From an uncultured Candidatus Bathyarchaeia archaeon (GTDB lineage Archaea; Thermoproteota; Bathyarchaeia; 40CM-2-53-6; CAYOZM01), in the NCBI GenBank assembly GCA_964533795.1, contig CAZHMI010000001.1:51869-115868 (forward strand): DNA of 64,000 nt, given 5' to 3'. Position 1 is the stretch's first letter. Every line of letters begins with the position of its first letter. Both the position numbers and the translations under genes were made by a program. Of the stretch, positions 59,682 through 64,000 are shown in pieces. The notes below the pieces were generated by a model. The model made no database searches. It was given only the letters and a program-made list of their open reading frames with translations, and was not told the DNA's origin.

Positions 59682-61061
59682 TTGCTCCAGCTCTTCGGAA
59701 CATCTGGTATTCGCGGAAGCCTACACAAGATTACACCTCAACTACTCGTTAGTTTCGGTTTAGCACTCGCGACATTCTTGGAGAGTGAAGGCGAAGTTAC
59801 GGTCGCATCGGATGCTAGAACATCATCAGAGGCACTCAAGAACGCCTTGTCATCAGGGTTGATGTCAGGAGGATGTACTATCTTCGATCTGGGTTTGATT
59901 CCGCTTCCAGCTTTCGCGTACACAACCCGAGAGCGTAAATCGAAAGCAGGAGTAATCGTGACAGCTTCACATAGTCCACCTCAAGACAACGGATTGAAGT
60001 GTTATGACAGAAGAGGTATGGAGTACACCCCTCGAGAGGAAGAAATCCTAGAGGACTTGATCTTAAACGAGAAGTACAAGCCTGTTGACTGGAAGAAGGT
60101 CGGTAACAGAGCGCACGTTGCAAACACTAATGAAGAATATATTGAAGCAATTCTTCGTCAAGTTGCAAATATTGAAAGGGGGATCATAGTTCTAGTTGAT
60201 TGTGCCAATGGAACAGCTTCAAACGCTACACCTATGGTCCTGTCGAAACTGGGATGTACGGTTATCACCATTAACTCATCTATCGACGGGACCTTTGCTG
60301 GAAGGCTTCCAGAACCCTCACCTGAGAATTTGGGAAACACCTGCAGACTTGTTAGAGAGATCGGAGCTGACATTGGGATAGCTCATGATGCAGACGCGGA
60401 TAGACTCGCAGTCATAGACGAGAAAGGGAGATACATAACAAATGACAGTGTCCTAGCGCTCTTCGCAAAGTTACTTCTTGAGAGGTACGGCGGTGGACAC
60501 ATAGTCACATCCATAGACACATCGTTCAGAATAGATCAAGTTGTAGAGAAGACTGGCGGAACTCTTGAGCGGACTAGACTCGGAAAGACGCATGTGATTC
60601 TCAAAGAGAAACAGGATGCAAACATCATCCTTTGCTGTGAGCCTTGGAAGATAATAGATACGCATTGGGGCTATTGGGGAGACGCAATCTACGCAGCAAC
60701 CGAACTGATAAAACTCTTGGACGAGAGCAAAGGTTCAATATCAGAACTCTTCGAGGAGATCCCGAATTATCCGCAAGAGAGAATCTACCACCCATGTCCA
60801 GACAACTTGAAACAGCCAACTATGGCGTTGATCAAACAAAAACTCTCAGTGGAGAAAGCGGTAGAAAGCATATGGACATACGACGGCATTAGAGTAAACT
60901 ACTCAGACGAAAGCTGGGTCTTAATTAGGCCTTCAGGAACAGAGCCGAAGATAAGAATCTACTGCGAAGGTGTAACAACGAAGCGGCTGAATCAACTTTC
61001 AAAACAATCAATCTCGCTGGTAAAGACAGCGATAAACAAAGCAGAAAAAGAACAGAGTTGA
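59682..61061 (+). CDS. alpha-D-phosphohexomutase family (PGM/PMM); by context possibly archaeal-type phosphopentomutase
   Basis: GTSGIRG; active-site Ser loop TASHSP; metal loop DADADR; sugar-binding CEPW/GEx region. Confidence 0.8.
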   Translation: MLQLFGTSGIRGSLHKITPQLLVSFGLALATFLESEGEVTVASDARTSSEALKNALSSGLMSGGCTIFDLGLIPLPAFAYTTRERKSKAGVIVTASHSPPQDNGLKCYDRRGMEYTPREEEILEDLILNEKYKPVDWKKVGNRAHVANTNEEYIEAILRQVANIERGIIVLVDCANGTASNATPMVLSKLGCTVITINSSIDGTFAGRLPEPSPENLGNTCRLVREIGADIGIAHDADADRLAVIDEKGRYITNDSVLALFAKLLLERYGGGHIVTSIDTSFRIDQVVEKTGGTLERTRLGKTHVILKEKQDANIILCCEPWKIIDTHWGYWGDAIYAATELIKLLDESKGSISELFEEIPNYPQERIYHPCPDNLKQPTMALIKQKLSVEKAVESIWTYDGIRVNYSDESWVLIRPSGTEPKIRIYCEGVTTKRLNQLSKQSISLVKTAINKAEKEQS

Positions 61062-61198
61062 GAGGAAGTTCTGAGGATCAATAGAAACAGTCTGCATTGA
61101 GCTTGACAGCGCATCGCAGGAACACAAACTCCACGTTTTTAGATCCCCTGGAGGAGGGGGGAATATGTGAGCTAGGATCTTAATGATTAGGTCGGCTT

Positions 61199-62359
61199 CT
61201 ACTTTAATGCTTCTTTAACAGTTTGAATTCCTTTATCGAGAGCCGCTTGGCCGGCTACGCCAACGAGATAGCCTTGTTCGTAGCCTCCTGCTAGCATCAC
61301 GATGGCATATGAATCGCGACTAGTTATGATGGAAGCGATCCTCTTCAACCCGTCTATTGGAAAGTTCGGTAGCCATTTCACGGCGATCTTGAAATCGCCC
61401 ACAACCTCTGCCTTCTTCAGCATTTCTAAGGCTTCATTTTCAGCTGAAGCCATCATCAAATCTCTAATCTGGTCCTGAAGGCTTTTTCTCTCTTGCGTAA
61501 GAGCGGAGATCTTTCGATAGATCTCGCTTGTCGGTACATGTAGGAGTCTAGCCGTTTGCTCCAGCATACTCATCGATTTGTCATAGATTATGTAGGCCTC
61601 TTGCCCAGATGTGAACTCAATCCTTTCAACTCCCTTCTGTAGCCTAAACCTTCTGAGGACTTTGATCGGCGTACACTCTGCAGTTGATTTGACGTGAGTT
61701 CCACAACAGAGAGCAACGTCGCAGTCTTCAATTTCTACGACGCGGACATTTCCGTAGGGCGTTACATCTGTTATTTCGAGGCGATCTCCATACAGCCTCT
61801 CGGCTTCTTCTCTAGTACCCCATGAAATTCTTACGGGGGCATTCTTCATGCAAATTTGGTTGGCCAGCTTCTCAATGTCATGTAGTTGTTCCTGTTCAAT
61901 GGCTTCACCGTAGTTAATGTCTATGTGAGATTTATCAGAACCAAGCTGAACGCCCATATACTGTAGCCTTTCAAGACAGAGCACCCGTCTTATCGAAGAG
62001 AAAACAATATGCGAGCCTGTGTGCTGCTTCATATAGGCGTAACGACGAATCCAATCAACTTCTCCTTCAACCTTTTGACCTTCAGTCAACACGCCTTTCA
62101 GGCCGTTGAGTACATGGACCGTAACTTCCCCAACCGATTGTGTATCTAAGACCTCGAACTTCTGTGGTTTCAGGAAGATTGAACCTTTATCTCCTAGTTG
62201 CCCACCTCCTTCCGGGAAAAAGCAAGTTTCCTCAAGAACCAGAAAGGTCTTCGTTTCAAACTCGATGGCTCTCAGAACATTGCTCTTGAATTTTCTTTGG
62301 TAAGAATCGTCGTAGTAGAGCGTCCTCGTTCCAGACAGTTTCTGAACTTCTTGAGCCAC
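61199..62359 (-). CDS. alaX: AlaX-type alanyl-tRNA editing protein (long form)
   Basis: Zinc-binding HTGSHIV (HxxxH) and CCGTHV (CxxxH) motifs; 386 aa. Confidence 0.8.
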   Translation of the reverse strand: MAQEVQKLSGTRTLYYDDSYQRKFKSNVLRAIEFETKTFLVLEETCFFPEGGGQLGDKGSIFLKPQKFEVLDTQSVGEVTVHVLNGLKGVLTEGQKVEGEVDWIRRYAYMKQHTGSHIVFSSIRRVLCLERLQYMGVQLGSDKSHIDINYGEAIEQEQLHDIEKLANQICMKNAPVRISWGTREEAERLYGDRLEITDVTPYGNVRVVEIEDCDVALCCGTHVKSTAECTPIKVLRRFRLQKGVERIEFTSGQEAYIIYDKSMSMLEQTARLLHVPTSEIYRKISALTQERKSLQDQIRDLMMASAENEALEMLKKAEVVGDFKIAVKWLPNFPIDGLKRIASIITSRDSYAIVMLAGGYEQGYLVGVAGQAALDKGIQTVKEALK

Positions 62360-62634
62360 AACTTCCGGAATTAATTATATTTTTAAGCAATTTTTCATGC
62401 CTCCTAGAACAATCTCTAGAGATAAACCGACGAGCAAAGCCTTTTTAAAGAATTTGCACCGGAAGCTAGCATTCTGTTCCGAAGCCTCATTCTAAACTTT
62501 AGGCTCGCCACAAGCGGCTCTTCTCGCTGACCGGTTGGTGGTTTGCGTTTGAGTGCCATATTTGGTCCTATATAGTGATGTTATTGTCATCTTGAAGCCG
62601 AAGGCTGTTACTATACAGATTCTTTATAAGGCAT

Positions 62635-63885
62635 GTGTCTAGATTCAACTTGGTTTTCAGTCAGGGTGAACTTGCGATGCCAAACCTATCCTACAGAGCA
62701 GGCATGATTAGGCTTTCACCAATTCGCCAAGTCGCAATGTTGCTCGATGAGGCTAGAAAAAGGGGAGACATAATCTCCTTTGGAGGAGGCGCGCCGAGCG
62801 TTCCTCCTGCGAAAGAAGTTGTCGACCATATGTGCGACCTAGTGAAGAACGATTCGCTCAGAGTTTGCGGATATACTGGCTCCAGAGGGAGAATGGAGCT
62901 CAGGAATCTCATCGCTCAAGACGTAGAAAAGTATGGAGGGGTAGAATATCCCCCTGAAAAGCAAATCATTGTTACAGATGGTGGAACGGAGGCAATCTTC
63001 TCGGCGCTTATGGCGATTCTGAACAAGAATGATGAAGTGATTATTACAGATCCAACCTACTTGGGCTATAGTGAATCTGTGAAGCTGGCTGGAGGAAGAA
63101 TTAAAACTCTTCCAGTGACAGTTGAGAAAGACTATCAACCGAGTGTTGAAGACCTTAAAAAAATTATATCGAATAGAACCAAAGCATTTGTTCTTCTGTC
63201 GCCGGATAATCCTACCGGGAGGGTAATCGACAAAGAATTTGCGAAAGGACTGATCGATCTGGCGACAGACCACAACTTCTGGGTAATTAGCGACGACACA
63301 TACAAGCATATTATATATGAAGGAGAACACGTCTGGATTAGCAGCCTTCTTGGAGCTTACGAAAGAACTATTCTGTTATGCAGTTTCTCGAAGGAAGCTT
63401 CGATTCCTGGGTTGAGGCTCGGATACGCCTTAGGCCCGACCGAGGTAATAGACGCCATGGAGCGAATAAAGCAGTACACGAGCCTCGCGCCGAATACGAT
63501 TGCACAGTACGCCATGGTCAAATTCCTCAGCGACGATGTGAAGGAACGATACTTAAGCGAAGTCGTGATTCCGACCTACAGAAAAAGAAGAGACTTGATG
63601 GATGAATGCATAAAGAAGCACCTGCCAGAAGCAAAGACAGTAAAACCCCAAGGCGCATTCTACTTCTTTGTAAACATGAGTGCGTACCTAGCGAAAATGG
63701 AGAGGGTTGACGAGGAATTCGCGAACAGGCTGCTCTATAGAAAGAATGTGGCTGTAATTCCAGGATCGTTCTTCGGTACCAACGGACAGCGACACATACG
63801 GTTAACGTTTGTAAGCGAACCGGAAGACAGAATAGAGGCAGGCATAAGAGACATAGGAGAATACGTTTTCAGCTACACATTCTAG
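62635..63885 (+). CDS. Class I/II PLP aminotransferase
   Basis: LSPDNPTGRV and SFSKEASIPGLRLGY motifs. The true start is likely an internal Met (~62677). Confidence 0.85.
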   Translation: MSRFNLVFSQGELAMPNLSYRAGMIRLSPIRQVAMLLDEARKRGDIISFGGGAPSVPPAKEVVDHMCDLVKNDSLRVCGYTGSRGRMELRNLIAQDVEKYGGVEYPPEKQIIVTDGGTEAIFSALMAILNKNDEVIITDPTYLGYSESVKLAGGRIKTLPVTVEKDYQPSVEDLKKIISNRTKAFVLLSPDNPTGRVIDKEFAKGLIDLATDHNFWVISDDTYKHIIYEGEHVWISSLLGAYERTILLCSFSKEASIPGLRLGYALGPTEVIDAMERIKQYTSLAPNTIAQYAMVKFLSDDVKERYLSEVVIPTYRKRRDLMDECIKKHLPEAKTVKPQGAFYFFVNMSAYLAKMERVDEEFANRLLYRKNVAVIPGSFFGTNGQRHIRLTFVSEPEDRIEAGIRDIGEYVFSYTF

Positions 63886-64000
63886 CGTATAATACTATTT
63901 GAGAGAATAGGAAACAACAAATTATCTTTCTATTTAAGAAATTGGAGATACGTAGAATCGACGAGATCATTGCAGGAAGCGTCCCGGTTTGAATTCAAGA

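Noticed and set aside
1-64000. Searched for CRISPR arrays, transposases, integrases and prophage genes
   Set aside because: No regularly spaced direct repeats and no recombinase or transposase-like ORFs were seen. The only strong repeat is the 124-bp inverted pair within the paralogous ParB-like genes.

Overview
A 64-kb archaeal chromosomal window, gene-dense on both strands with roughly 47% GC, read directly from the sequence. Diagnostic archaeal genes are present: Alba, an Elf1-like zinc ribbon, Orc1/Cdc6, both PolD subunits (DP1 and DP2), a four-gene porGDAB-type 2-oxoacid:ferredoxin oxidoreductase operon, a tungsten AOR-family enzyme, an F420/LLM-class oxidoreductase, and an intron-containing tRNA-Ser. 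Several archaeal-type marker genes are present, but the TACK/Asgard/Bathyarchaeota-like placement is a guess; no rRNA is in the window and I cannot name the organism. Two things stand out. (1) The replication core: a candidate oriC with ORB-like TCCAGTGGAAA...GGGGT boxes sits just upstream of orc1/cdc6, which is followed by a DUF99 protein and PolD DP1, with PolD DP2 about 5 kb away. (2) Two paralogous two-gene modules, each a fold-type-II PLP enzyme followed directly by a ParB/Srx-fold protein that I infer to be an ADP-dependent free-serine-kinase (SerK) homologue. One module pairs it with cysK, the other with an OPS-using TrpB2-type tryptophan synthase. The two ParB-like genes end in a 124-bp segment that is 100% identical and in inverted orientation, and these repeats bracket a 3.9-kb accessory segment. 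A third TrpB2 copy at the window start is frameshifted. The rest is housekeeping and transport: a Dpp/Opp ABC system, glyA, nadE plus a nitrilase, several aminotransferases, a nucleoside phosphorylase plus phosphopentomutase-like pair, and AlaX. Surface and adhesion genes include a vWA-CARDB protein with a cytoplasmic zinc ribbon and a heavily sequon-decorated Ig-like surface protein. No CRISPR array, transposase or integrase was seen.
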